DNA from: the human T2T-CHM13v2.0 reference genome, Homo sapiens
Assembly (NCBI RefSeq): GCF_009914755.1
Contig: NC_060925.1
Length of the DNA stretch: 64,000 nt
Reading direction: 5' to 3' (one strand)
Part shown: positions 48,534 through 63,295 of the stretch, piece by piece
How the letters are laid out: each line of letters starts with the position of its first letter
Numbering within the stretch: position 1 is the stretch's first letter
The notes under the pieces: model-generated
Seen by the model: the letters and a program-made list of their open reading frames with translations, nothing else
Databases searched by the model: none
What the model was told of the DNA's origin: nothing
Program-made: the position numbers and the translations under genes

Positions 48534-48884
48534 GCTAAACATTACTTTCTCAGAGTCTTATAGTTTTAGTTTGTACATTTAGGCTTCTTATCCATTTTGA
48601 GTTAATTTTTGTATATAATGTGAGGTAGTCAGTTTGCTGCCAAATGAGTTATAAAAAAGCTTTGAATTTTAATATATTTTTGGATTTTGGAAGTATATTT
48701 AAGGGACTGTGAGCTTGTATTATCCTGTCCTCTGGTCACAGCTGGTCAAAGTAGACATGGACAAATCACCTGAGCTAGAAAGATTGTCATTTTAAGGACT
48801 GTAGGTTATATCTGTATTGAATAATGATGCTTGGAATTGTATATAGGTATTTTAGTCACCTGTTTTAGTCTTGGAGATGTTGAG

Positions 48885-49268
48885 TGTATTAGTCTGTTCT
48901 CACATTGCTATAAAGAATTACCTGAGACTGGGTAATTTATAAAGAAAAGAGGTTTAATTGGCTCACGGTTCTGCTGGCTGTACAGGAAGCATGGCTGGGG
49001 GGGCCTCAGGAAACTTACAATCATGGCAGAAGGCAAAGAGGAAGGAGGCATGTCTTTCATGGCTGGAGCAGGAGGAAGGGAGAGAACGGGAAGGTGTTAC
49101 ACACTTTTGAACAATGAGATTTTGTGAGAACTCACTCACTAGCATGAGAACAGCAAGGAGAAAATCTGCCCCCATGATATAGTCACCTCCCACCAGGCTC
49201 CTCCTCCAACACTGGGGATTACAATTTGACATGAGATTTGGGCGGGGACGCAAATCCAAACCATATCA
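48885..49268 (-). mobile_element. MSTA-like solo LTR
   Basis: TGTATTAG...CCATATCA with 5-bp TSD TTGAG (48880-48884 and 49269-49273). Confidence 0.9.
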
Positions 49269-49537
49269 TTGAGTGAAGAATAATACTATTTAATGTTTTG
49301 GGGAGGGCCCTGACACAGTGATAGACAACAAATTAATATGCCTCCATTTTAGATACATGTTTGGGTTAGTAGTATGAATTATGTGCATCTTTTGCCTGCA
49401 ATTTCATCTTTTACAGAACTGGCTGCCTACAAAGTTGATTGTTTTCTTCAAATTCCAGACTTAGGCTGCTCTATGACAGACTATAATCATTATTTTCTTT
49501 GGGAGTTGTGTGTATTTTTGGTTTAAATATTTGCTCA

Positions 49538-49840
49538 GGACAGGCGCAGTGGCTCATGCCTGTAATCTCAGCACTTTGGGAGGCTGAGTGAGGCAGGTAG
49601 ATCACTTGAGGCCAGGAGTTCAAGACCAGCCTGGCCAACATGGCAAAACCCCATCTCTACCAAAAATACAAAAATTATCCGGGCGTGGTGGCGCACATCT
49701 GTAGTCCCAGCTACTTGGGAGGCTGAGGCAGGCGAATTGCTTGAATCTGGGAGGCGGAGTGAGCCAAGATTGCACCACTGTACTCTAGCCTGGGTGACAG
49801 AATGGGACTTTGTCTAAAAAGAAATGAACAAACAAAAAAA
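49538..49840 (+). mobile_element. Alu
   Basis: Dimeric Alu motifs. Confidence 0.9.
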
Positions 49841-50760
49841 TCCCTCAAAAGAGATTGGAAGAACAGACCAGAAGAGAAGCATGCAGATCTGAAGTCCTTT
49901 TCACTGTAACCTGGAGGACAGTGTGTGAAAAGGAACTATACTGTGTCTGTCATAGCAGTGCCTAAGCAGGACAGTCAGTGAACAACATGGTCCTAGTTAA
50001 GGCTGAATAAATCAGACTTTGGGAACTGTACTGTCAACTATAATGTATTGGCTTCCTGGAGCCAGGGTCCATATCATGCTTTGCATGGCAGGAAATAGGA
50101 GTGCTTTCCTGAATACAATGCATGTTCCCACTGTCAATCATCCTCAAGGAAGAAATGTGGCCCATAGGTAGAGAAGGACAGACTTTTCTCTGGCTGGGTC
50201 TGTGAGAAAGATAAACTATGGTTTGGGGAGGAAAAGACAGCATTGAAGGGACTTCTGCTGCTGTAGTCCTGACCTTGAGAGGGAAGCTGTATTCTATAAT
50301 TCTGTGACCAACTGAAGGGTAAAGGGAAAGATGACTGCTGAGAAACCCTCTGGGGTCAAGTATGGCCAGTAGATTCTAGAGTAATGATAGCTGTGTTTTG
50401 TTTTAAATAATCATCTTTCCTGTGTTATTGTAGTTCTTTTATCTTGAAGTCAGCAGTTAAATTTATAACAGTATAGCCTAACATTTCCTGCACTTTGGGA
50501 TTTTAGGGAGATGTCTATGTCTATACTTGGGGTAAGGTATTAAGGGGATACCTCTGGTAGGATGGAGAAATGACTTTGAGAGAGTAGGAAGAGATATTGT
50601 GAGAAACAAAGAAGTCGTCTGGAGTAAGAGATGGCAGGAAACAGTAAGAATATGTTTGTGGAAGATGTAAACATTTCCCAGGGAGTCTTAGAAATGCTTG
50701 GGGAGTAGACAAAACTCCCCGAAGTTACATAAGATGAGGGCTTAGACTGTGTTAACAGAA

Positions 50761-50996
<236 letters not shown>

Positions 50997-51547
50997 TTAA
51001 AGAGAAAAGCAATCCCCTTGATTCCGAACTTGGGGGATGTTTGAAGGTTATACTTGTAACCCAAAGAAACTTGACTAAGGCATACCAAGATATGTTAGGA
51101 CCTTTTAGAGGGCAAAGATCTGGGGCAAACCCTTGATTTGCCAGCCTTGGCAGGGTAGACCTGAATGTGGGGAGTGAGGAGCTTCCCCTGATTCCACATC
51201 TTTAAGTCAGTCTGGCATACATGATAATGTTAGCTGTAGACGGTCTGATGCTGCTTGTGTCCTATCCTCTCCCGCTTTTCACTATTAGTTAAAATATATC
51301 TAACCATATTACCATCTGACTCTGATTCTTGGCTTCATCTCTTGTTTACAGTTCTGCTCTTGTTCATCGGACCAGCATTCATATTTGATCTTCCCTGTTG
51401 TATTCTTGGCCTTTTCCCAAGGAGTTGTCTCAGATCCACCTTAGGACTTCAGGTCTCAAAATCAAGGTGTGTTTGGGTTGATAAAAATTCTCTAAAATTA
51501 GATAGTGGTGATGGTTGTACAACTCTGAATATATTAAAAAACACTGA

Positions 51548-51876
<329 letters not shown>

Positions 51877-52059
51877 TGAAACATATAGTTTAAATGTGTG
51901 AATTTCATAATATGTGAATATATAAGTATTTATTTACATATATATATTTTATATATATATAACATATATATTATATATAAGTATTTACTTACATGTAAGT
52001 ATGGTATGTAAGTAAAACTGTTAAAAACATTAAGCTCTGGATCACTGGCCAGTGCACAA

Positions 52060-52300
52060 TAAAAATAATAGTTTACATAGCATTCACTGTATACAATATA
52101 ATGATCTAAACTCTTCATTTATAATTCTCGCAACAGCTCTATGAGGTAGATATTATCATTATCCCTACTTTTACAGAGAAGAAACATGAGATGCAGTGAA
52201 GTTGTGTAATTTTCTCTAGGTCTTACAGCTTCTATGTGCTCAGAGCCAAGAGAAGAGCAGGGAATCTGGCTTCAAAAGCAGTTCTCTTTACCACTATGCT
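52060..52300 (-). mobile_element. MIR
   Basis: CTCGCAACAGCTCTATGAGGTAGATATTATCATTATCCCTACTTTTACAGAGAAGAAAC. Confidence 0.75.
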
Positions 52301-52448
52301 ATAGTGTGCTGTTAGGAAAGTGTGGGAAGTTTAGTGTGTCTGTTTTACCCATCAAAAAAGGAGATAAAGTTAGGTGCTAAGGATGAGAGTAGGAGCAGTC
52401 ACTGAATGATGCAAATGTTTAGAATAATTACTGAAGGGAGTCAGAGGG

Positions 52449-52968
52449 TGTATCATTAATCTATTGTTGCATAATAAACTACTCCAAAACGTAGTGGCTT
52501 GAAACAAAAACCATTTATTTTGTTCATGAACCTGCTGGATAGTTTTGGTCTGGGTCAGGTTCATCTGATTCTGGTTTGTGATTTGTTGGTTGGCTGAGTC
52601 TAGTTGGTCCTGGAATGATTCACTCACATGTCTGTCTGGTGGTAGGCTGGCTGTCAACTGTGGTGATGAGGGTGACTGAATCCTGTGTCTCTCATCCTGT
52701 ATCAGGCTAGCCCCGGCTTGTTCACATGGCTACAGGATTACGAGATCATTCTAAGTTCCAACATGCAACTGTTTTTTAAATCTCTGCTTGCTCATATATG
52801 CCAAAATGTTTCATTGGCCAAAGCAAATCCTGTGGTCAACCTGCATTCAAAAAGTAGTGAAATATTTATTATTATTATTATTATTTCAAATCCCCTACTT
52901 TAAGAAGCATGGTGTGGAGAAATAAATCCCACTTCTTTAGGGCAGGGAAAGAATGCATGGCCATTTTT
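52449..52968 (-). mobile_element. Old MLT1-type LTR; its last bases resume after the SVA (about 54849-54861)
   Basis: Starts TGTATCATTAATCTATTGTTGCATAATAAACTACTCCAAAACGTAGTGGCTT; the rebuilt end reads GGCCATTTTTGCAATCTGCTA. Confidence 0.7.
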
Positions 52969-53262
52969 TTTTAATGCCTCCTTTTAATCATGCAAACATA
53001 TATGACAGTAAATATTAAATAAGAAAAAAAAAATGGTACTATTAAAGGACTTCATGCCTTCCACAAACCTAGAAGGTAAACAAGTGTCTACTTGTTGGAA
53101 AAAACAATTGTAATTTCCCAAGAATATATCTGATGGAGAACCAAGTTTAGATGGCCATATCGGGAAGATTACTCCCAGTAAATAGATCTCATTTGCTATG
53201 AATCGTGGACATTTAACAACATATGCAAAATGTTAAGACTTAGAATTGTATTTCCCAAGGTC

Positions 53263-54831
53263 TTTTTTTTTTTTTTTTAATTGATCATTCTTGGGTGTTT
53301 CTTGCAGAGGGGGATTTGGCAGGGTCATAGGACAATAGTGGAGGGAAGGTCAGCAGATAAACAAGTGAACAAAGGTCTCTGGTTTTCCTAGGCAGAGGAC
53401 CCTGCGGCCTTCCGCAGTGTTTGTGTCCCTGGGTACTTGAGATTAGGGAGTGGTGATGACTCTTAACGAGCATGCTGCCTTCAAGCATCTGTTTAACAAA
53501 GCACATCTTGCACCGCCCTTAATCCATTTAACCCTGAGTGGACACAGCACATGTTTCAGAGAGCACCGGGTTGGGGTAAGGTCATAGATCAACAGCATCC
53601 CAAGGCAGAAGAATTTTTCTTAGTACAGAACAAAATGGAGTCTCCTATGTCTACTTCTTTCTACACAGACACAGCAACAATCTGATTTCTCTATCTTTTC
53701 CCCACATTTCCCCCTTTTCTATTCGACAAAACCGCCATCGTCATCATGGCCCATTCTCAATGAGCTGTTGGGTACACCTCCCAGACGAGGTGGTGGCCGG
53801 GCAGAGGGGCTCCTCACTTCCCAGAAGGGGCAGCTGGGCAGAGGCGCCCCCCACCTCCCGGACGGGGAGGCTGGCCGGGCGGGGGCTGCCCCCCCCCCCC
53901 CCCCCGCCTCCCTCCTGGACGGGGCGGCTGGCCGGGCGAGGGCTGCCCCCCCTCCCCACCGCCTCCCTCCCGGAAGGGGCGGCTGGCCGGGCGGGGGCTG
54001 CCCCCCACCTCCCGGACGGGGAGGCTGCCAGGCGGAGACGCTCCTCACTTCCCAGACAGGGCGGCTGCCGGGCGGAGGGGCTCCTCACTTCTCAGATGGG
54101 GTGGCCGGGCAGAGACGCTCCTCACCTCCCAGACGGGGTCGCGGCCGGGCAGAGGCGCTCCTCACATCCCAGACGAGGCGGAGGGGCAGAGGCGCTCCCC
54201 ACATCTCAGACGATGGGCAGCAGGGCAGAGACGCTCCTCACTTCCTAGACAGGATGGCGGCCGGGAAGAGGCGCTCCTCACTTCCCAGACTGGGCAGCCA
54301 GGCAGAGGGGCTCCTCACATCCCAGATGATGGGCGGCCAGGCAGAGATGCTCCTCACTTCCCAGACGGGGTGGCGGCTGGGCAGAGGCTGCAATCTCGGC
54401 ACTTTGGGAGGCCAGGGCAGGCGGCTGGGAGGTGGAGGTTGTAGCGAGCCGAGATCACGCCACTGCACTCCAGCCTGGGCACCATTTAGCACTGAGTGAA
54501 CCAGACTCCGTCTGCAATCCCGGCACCTCGGGAGGTGGACGCTGGCAGATCACTCGCGGTTAGGAGCTGGAGACCAGCCCGGCCAACACAGCGAAACCCC
54601 GTCTCCACCAAAAAAATACGAAAACCAGTCGGGCGTGGCGGCGCGCACCTGCAATCGCAGGCACTCGGCAGGCTGATGCAGGAGAAGCAGGCAGGGAGGT
54701 TGCAGTGAGCCGAGATGGCAGCAGTACAGTCCAGCTTCGGCTCAGCATCAGAGGGAGACCGTGGAAAGAGAGGGAGAGGGAGACCGTGGGGAGAGGGAGA
54801 GGGAGGGGGAGGGGGAGGGGGGAGGGGGAGC
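53263..54831 (-). mobile_element. Full-length SVA (SVA_C-like) with a 3' transduction at 52973-53262
   Basis: Hexamer, Alu-like region, VNTR, SINE-R and poly(A). TSD AATGCATGGCCATTTTT at 52952-52968 and 54832-54848. Confidence 0.96.
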
Positions 54832-55721
54832 AATGCATGGCCATTTTTGCAATCTGCTATAGAAGGAGAGGTAACAATGGTTAAAGATTGATGAGGGGTG
54901 TTAAGGGTCTAACTAAAATTAGAAATTATACTTTTGTCATAGCACAATCCCTATGATTTTACATTTTCTGTAGCATGGCTCAGCTTCTTAAAGGCAGATT
55001 GTGGTACTAGAGGTGGAAGAGAGTGAGACCTTTGGGAATTAGTCATGGTACCCACTCAAAGAAGGTGGCAGTGGACCTAGGGATATGGTATTTCGTGGAT
55101 AGGGTGATATCCACCTGATGTGGCACTGGTGCTTAACAAAGGCAGTCCCATGCAGTAGAAGGTAGCGAGTAGAGATCACTATTTTAGTGAGATAGACGAG
55201 GCTAAACAACAAGAATTCCAGATAATTTTTGACCAGTCATTTTTGTTGTCACATGTGATGCATTCCTTAGAACATCCATAAATATGAGTGTGGAAGATAG
55301 GTGACTTGAAGAGAGAGTGAAGGCAAAAGCCAGAGATACACTAAATCTTAAAATTCTGTACACAATATAAACCACAATTCCCAGGAAGAGAGTGGCTTCA
55401 ATTTTTAATAAATTGGAAAGTTGGGTTAGATAAGCATGCTTACTTTATTTTTTTTCGTTTCTTTTTAAAAATTTGTGAGTGGTTTGTGTATGTGTGAGAA
55501 GTACTGGCAAGGTTATACGTTAGCTTTGTTACTCCTGGATGGGTTCATAGTGGTGGTATAGTCAAATTTCTCTACTGGACTGATGCCAAGGCTTCTGCTT
55601 TTCCATTTGCAAGGTTGCATATGTTTTTAATAAAGGTTTATAATTATAATGTAATTTCTAAACAATGTGAACATTTTTCAAGTATCACTAGACATTGTTT
55701 TTCCCTGTAAAACATGCCGTA

Positions 55722-56025
55722 AGGCGAGGTGCAGTGGCTCATGCCTGTAATCCCAATATGCCTCTGTAAGCCAAGGCAGAAGAATTGCTTGAGGCCAGGA
55801 ATTTGAGACCAGCCTGGGCAATATAGCAAAGGCCCTGCCTCTGCAAAAAACTATACATAAGAGTAACTGGGCATGGTGGTGTGGTAGCTACTGGGAAGGC
55901 TGAGGCAGGAGGATTGCTTGAGGCTAGGAGTTCCAGGTTGCAGTGAGCTATGATTGCACCACTGCACACTTACCTGGGTGACACAGCAAGACTCTCTCTG
56001 TAAAATAAGGAAATAAAATAAAACA
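55722..56025 (+). mobile_element. Alu (diverged, AluJ-like)
   Basis: Alu motifs. Confidence 0.85.
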
Positions 56026-56834
56026 TAAAATGTGCTATAGGGATTCTTTGGTGAATTTGATTTGATGACACGTCTTTGTTAAATAAGATGAAAGTAGTAA
56101 GTAGTAACAAAACTTAAACCTACTATCTCCAACCAAAAAGCACAAAAATGTCTTAAATAATAACAATCACAACAATAATGAACATTTATTGAACACTTTA
56201 TATGTCTTAGGCATCTGATAAGCATTTACAGGTATTTGCTCATTTATTCTTCACAATATTTTATGAAATGACTACTAGTAAAGGGTATTGGTGTGTTTTA
56301 AAACTTTCTAAAATGTTCTTCAAATGTGATAATCGTAAGTTCACTCATACTAATCAACTATTAAATTAGTATGAATTTAAAAAAGAGAAGGCATCCTTGA
56401 CCAAAAGAGATTCAAATTTTCAGTTCAGATATTCCTTAAAAACTATATGATAAAAATCTGCTGTTATGCCATCTTATCAGTAATATTACTCATATTAAAA
56501 TAACAGAACTTCTTTGAATTGATTTTATTCTTGATTTCCTGCCAGAAGATTCCCCTGGTATTTACTTTTTAAAAATGTCCCATTAAGCTTTACTTTCAGA
56601 ACATTAACCATTTAAGTAATTAATTTACACAGTTTTATTAAAAGTTTAAAGTATTACTAATTTCATTCAACATTATTGTTGTTTAGTATATTCATTGAAA
56701 TTTAAACGACCATTGACATATGGAATATTTAATCAGATTTTCTTAGCCATTTAAAATTCACTCAAGGAATAATATATAATATAATCGATGGAAGAGTAGT
56801 GGAAATTCAATTCAATTGTTAAACAATTATTTTA

Positions 56835-57119
56835 GGCCAGGTGTAGTGGCACACGCCAGTAATCCTAACACTTTGGGAGGCTAAGTGCGGGGATCACTTG
56901 AGACTAGGAGTTTGAGACCAGTCTGGGCAAGGTAGGAAGACCCCTATCTCTAAGGGGAAAAAAAAAAAGCTGGGCGTGGTGGCACACACCTGTCGTCCCC
57001 AGCTACTCGAGAGGCTGAGATGAGGATTGCTTGAGCCCTGGAGGTCAGGGCTGCAGTTAGCTGTGATCACTCCAGGCTGGGTGATAGAGCAAGACTCTGT
57101 CTCAAAAAAGAAAAAAAAA
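56835..57119 (+). mobile_element. Alu (AluJ-like)
   Basis: Alu motifs and poly(A). Confidence 0.9.
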
Positions 57120-57889
57120 TTCTGAATTATCTAGGAGAAAGAAATACAATGTATGCTTAAGCTGTAGACAACACAACTGAGCCATTTACTGAGATTATTT
57201 ATGTTTGTGTTTCCTTGGGACTTCAGTGCGATCTCTCTCAGAGAATTTCTTCACAGAGTCTAAAGATCTTTTATCTTCCTATGTTTAGTTATTGAAGAAA
57301 TGCTTTTTCTAGCATATCTTGGATAAGCAAGTATCCTCTGAAACTCTATCACTCTCATGGAACAGAGATTCATTCTAGGTTTAAACCCCTCTAACTCAGT
57401 TAGTAGTTTTGAATACCTTTATGAAACTTGACTTGGTTTATCGAGCTAAAAATTAATGGGGCAGTTCCTTGGCCTTTTGGGATTTGCAAGATACACATGG
57501 AATTCTGTCTCTAGCTACTCCTTTTTGCCCATTTTCATGGTCTTCTCCCTGACGGATGGTTGCATGTCCCAGTAGATGAGACCTAAATGCTAGTCTTACA
57601 TTTATGCCATTGTTCTGCCCCTGGTAGCACTCACTCTGCCAGTTCTTTCGATGGTCTCTTGTATGAGATGGGCCATGTTCAAGGACAAGTCAAGAAGTCC
57701 CAACAGGTTACTCCTAGAACATGAGGATTATGATTTCCATGTTAGGCCCCTTTCTTTCCTGTGGTCATATGGCCATACATATTGTGATCAGTGTTTTGAG
57801 AAGAATAGTCCAGTTTATCTCCCGTGTAAATTTATTTCTTCTTGAACCATTACATGAGGTTAGAAGTGTATACATTTTAATTGTAAACA

Positions 57890-58055
57890 CACCTACCAGC
57901 TATGTGATGATGGAAAAGTCATTTAACTTTTCTGAGCCTCAGTTTCCTCGTCTGTAAAATGAGAATAACACAGTACCTGTGTAATGTGGTGCTTGTGAAA
58001 ACTAAAGAGGCAATATGTAGAAAAAAACAATTATAGTGCCTGGACCATAAATAGA
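57890..58055 (+). mobile_element. MIR
   Basis: AAGTCATTTAACTTTTCTGAGCCTCAGTTTCCTCGTCTGTAAAATGAG core. Confidence 0.8.
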
Positions 58056-58140
58056 TTGTACCAGTCTGTTTGGGATGATTGCAAAATTAAACAGTACAGA
58101 AAATTAAGCTGTGGAACGTGTCAGTTTATTAAGAAATGAT

Positions 58141-58753
<613 letters not shown>

Positions 58754-59036
58754 CCTCAATGAAAACAATCCTATGGTGAGGCAGAAGTAGAAAAACTGAC
58801 CATAGTACTGGAAGCATGAGTCCTGCTCTGATACTCTTCAGGCATTACCACAGATATCACCTTACTCTGTACAGGTATCCGTCCAGATTCCTGGGAAGTC
58901 TCTGCCCAAAGTGCCATGTAGCAACCGCACCTCTTAAAGGCAGTTCATCTGTCTGAGACTGTTAGAGCCTTATGCTTTGGACAGCCCAAGTACCAACATC
59001 CACTAAACATCTTTTGTGCCTTAAAATGGACAGTAA

Positions 59037-59212
59037 GCCAGGTGCAGTGGTGAGTACCTGTAGTCCCAGCTACTCAGGAGACTGAGAAGGGAGGATCACT
59101 TGAGTCTAGGAGTTTGCTACTGCAGAGCTATGATCTTGCCACTGCACTCCAGCCTAGGTGACAGAGTGAGACCCTGTCTCAGAAAAAGAGAGAGAGTGAG
59201 AGAGAGAAAAAA
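59037..59212 (+). mobile_element. Alu right monomer
   Basis: Right-arm motifs with a GA-rich tail. Confidence 0.8.
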
Positions 59213-59852
59213 GGACAGCAAAACATGCCATCAAAACATAAGACCTCTGCTTCCAACCTTCAGCCAAAATGGGGTAACCAGGACTTGATTTATCCTCCTG
59301 CCTGCTTAATTGTTTTGAACCAACTAAAAAATTGCACAAAATATATGTGCAACAATGATTTTCAAGACAGTGTGTATCAGGTAGCACTGGAAAGTGATCC
59401 TGAGAGGGGAAACAAACAAGGTGAGGCCTGTGATTGCCCAATTGACAACCTAGAGAGAGATTCCGGGCACGGCATGGAGAGGAGCTACACAGGCAGAGCC
59501 TAGTGGTCTCCCTGAGTTGAGAAGAAACTGGGGGTCTGAGGGAGGCCCAGGCATCCCAGAGTTCACAAGTCAGAGTACCAGAGAGGAAAAAGCTTCAGTG
59601 AGACCAAGACAGAAAGCAAGAATGAGTGAGAGAGAGAGAGTGAGCTCTGGAGATATGGACGGAGCTGGGTTTAGGATGAGGCAAGGGAGATACTTAGACA
59701 ACAAACTGTAAGGAGACACTCATATATGGGTACTTGCTTGAGCACAAGCAGGTGAGAAAACTGCATGAGGCTGGACAAAGACCACTTAAAAAGATTAGAG
59801 GGAACCATATTTGAAACTCTTGAAGCAGAGACTAAGGGAAATGTATTACTCT

Positions 59853-60429
59853 TGTAAACCAAAAATAAAATTCTAAGCCCCCCACCATCTGAATGGACCC
59901 TCCTCTTAGCAAGGGTATTCCAAAGTTAACCTGAAAAACTAGTTCAGGCCATGATTGTAACGGGGAGCCAGACATGCCTCATTATACCCCTTTCCCTTTT
60001 GAAATTACTGATAGAACACACTCTTTAAGTTTGATAAGAAACATTTACAGCTTATTCTCTTTGAAGCCTGCTATCTGGATGCCTCATCTGCATGATAAAC
60101 CTTGGTTTTCAGAACCCCTTAGCATAACCCAGGCATTCCTTTCTATTGATAATAACTCTTTCAACCAATCAGAAAATCTTTAAATCTACCCGTGACCTGG
60201 AAGCCCCTGCTTCTAGTTGTTCCACCTTTCTGGACCAAACCAATGTACATCTTACATGTATTGATTGATGTCTCATGCATTTCTAAAAAATATAAAACCA
60301 AGCTGTACCCTGACCATCTTGGGCACATGTCGTTAGGATCTCCTGAGGCTGTCATGGGTGTGTCCTTAACCTTGGCAAAATAAACTTCCTAAATTGATTG
60401 AGACCCATCTTAGATACTTTTGGTTTACA
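59853..60429 (+). mobile_element. MER4A-like solo LTR
   Basis: TGTAAACCAAAA...TTTTGGTTTACA termini and internal AATAAA. Confidence 0.85.
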
Positions 60430-61089
60430 CCCTCTACAGTAGCAATAGCCAGAGTATCAGCACTTTCGCACTGGTTCCCCAATCCATAATTACCAGAGGA
60501 TGATGTAAAGTGGGGCTAGGTGACACAAGCACATGTAGTGGGTTTGTGACAGGAGAGAAATCCAGAGCTTAGGAAACCTGAATCTTTTTCCTAAGGCTAG
60601 TGAGCATGTCTCCCTTTTGGTATGGAGGGAGACACTATGTCATCTTTGAGGGCTGTTTGCTGTTCAAACATCTTTGAAAAGGTAGTATGAATAAAGGGAA
60701 GTAAGTGCAGAAATGTGTAAGACACTTGGAGAATTGTCTCTCAACAATTACCTTCCTGTATTATTACAAAGGCACACTATTCCCTTATGGGAATTGTAAA
60801 CTCAAAGGACCAAGGTGAGGGGTGGGGTGCATACAGGTATTATAAATAAGTTTATTGAGCTAAGTGCTAATAATAGGGAGTGGCAGGCTCTGTGGTGAAG
60901 ATGAATTCAAGAAAGCATGCTCCTCCCTATCCCCATTTCCTGAAGACATTTAGATTAAACAAACTTTAAATAATAGTGCTTGTCAAATAAAACTACTGTC
61001 ACTGTTCACACTCAGTGATGAGCATGACCGCTTCCTTACACATTTGTATTTGTGTACTCTCTACAAGAATCTTGAAAAAATACATATCT

Positions 61090-61189
61090 ACATATATATG
61101 TGTATATATGTGTATATATATGTATATATGTGTATATATGTATATATATGTGTATATATGTATATATATGTGTATATATATGTATATAT

Positions 61190-61229
<40 letters not shown>

Positions 61230-61232
61230 ATA
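61090..61232. repeat. Compound (TA/TG)n microsatellite at an Alu tail
   Basis: Directly visible. Confidence 0.95.
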
Positions 61233-61233
61233 G

Positions 61234-61522
61234 TTTTTTTAGAAAGGGCCTCGCTGTGTTGCCCAGGCTGGAGTGCAGTGGTGTGATTATAGCTCATTGC
61301 AGCCTCAACCTCCTGGGCTCAAGTGATCCTCCCTCCTCAACTTTCTGAGTAGTTGAGAGTATAGACATATGCCACCATGTCTGGCTAATTTTTAAAATTT
61401 TCTTGTAGAGACTAGATCTCACTATGTTGACCAGCCTGTTCTTGAACTGCTGACCTCAAGTGAACCTTCTACCCCAGCCTCCCAAAGTGCTGGGATTACA
61501 GGCATTAGCCACTGTACCTGAC
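61234..61522 (-). mobile_element. Alu (AluJ-like)
   Basis: Antisense Alu motifs. Confidence 0.9.
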
Positions 61523-63111
61523 ATCTATTGATAATTTTTAAGTTGTCCTCAATGATTTTTCAGCAAACATTTAAATAATTTTAATTTTTGTTAATATTAA
61601 GTAGAAAATAAACATTTTATAAGATGAGAATTGACTAACTGGAATAAACATTTAATTATATGATTTGATAAATTTGGTTTTAATGCCTAATTGAATAAAG
61701 CACACCATGTATTTACAGATTTTAGTCAGTGCATCTGAAAAAATTTGGGAGTCCCACAAAATATTCCATTTATATTGAAAAGAATAATCCTGACAAATAT
61801 ACTTGCTTTATCTGTTCTGAATTCATGTGCAATGTGGACCAAAATGCCCAATCTCTAATGCCAAGCCTTATAAAAAAGATAGAAAGCCCTATGGATTAGG
61901 TGCTTTGGTTCATTGTTAAGGGAGATTTCTTCCAAACCAGTATTTTCAGGTATGCTCTTGTCTGATACTCTGGAGGCATAACCTAGGGGAAAGTAGCATG
62001 TTAAGGTTTGGGTTGGATGAGAGGTATGCATTTATTTTGGAAAGTAGGAGAAAGACTTTTATGAATATAAGCATATTATCAGGAAGATCAATTGTAGAAA
62101 AACGTTTCTTGTGGATCTAGAGGTTGATTATTAATTAAAATTACACAAATTGTTAATTAAAAAAACACAAAGTTGTGTTTTTAAAATATTTATTTTTAGT
62201 TGTGTTTTTTAAAAATATTTATTTCATTTATAATTACATATTCATCAAGGTGCTTGGGAGATTACTTTCTCTTTTCCCACAAGGCAGTCATTTCCAGTAG
62301 AGACAACAATTTTTTTTTTTTTTTTTACCATTGATCCCTAGCACCTGCAGAGTGCCTAAAAATAAGCAGGAACTCAATAAATAGAATGAATGAATGGTGC
62401 TCTTTGGGCCCCTTGGTCAAATACTCTTATTTTGAATTTGAAAGCTCCCAAATTTGATTCTGATGTCCAGCCAGGTTTGGGGATCATTGCTGTGATATGT
62501 GATAGAGCGTCCTGCTTAATACTCTGGGCTGGGCAACATGTGGAAATATGACAGAAGAAAAGCCAAGTACTTATTAGTTATTAGTTGCTGCATCTTCCAA
62601 CATTGTTTTGTTGCTAGCTGTAGAAATAAATTCTGGTGGATTTGAGTGAAGGATTATTTATTTTAAGGATATTGGGTTTCCTACAGAATTATTAGGAAGA
62701 CTGGAGAATCAGGTTACACTTGTGCAACCAGGAGCAACATTCAAAATCATGTTGCAGGCCAGTGTGGTGGCTCACGCATATTATCGTGTTCTATCCTGTG
62801 TAGTATTCCTTGTATACATGTCTTCCCACATGGAAAGGACTTATGTTGCATTCATCTCTGTGTTCCTTTAGTGGCCAGTGAAGTGCCTGGGGTGTAGTCA
62901 TGTGGCAAGAGGTTTGGGGTAGTCAGTAGTAGTTGTTGAGAATCTACTATTGAGGTGTGTTGTGAATAGGTGTAAATTGAACTAAATTAAATTTGTCATT
63001 GGGGGTCTGCTATCTCAATACTCTGATCTGAAAATTCGTGAATCTAGAGTTCTTATGTAATGCATAATAAATCAGTTATTGGTACTACAAATTCTTTAAA
63101 CTTTGTTCTTA

Positions 63112-63295
<184 letters not shown>

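Noticed and set aside
56346-56373. 10-bp inverted repeat TCATACTAAT...ATTAGTATGA
   Set aside because: Plausible by chance in AT-rich DNA; no supporting context.
61015-61348. Tyr/Ile/Cys/Val-rich ORFs
   Set aside because: Translations of a (TA/TG)n microsatellite.
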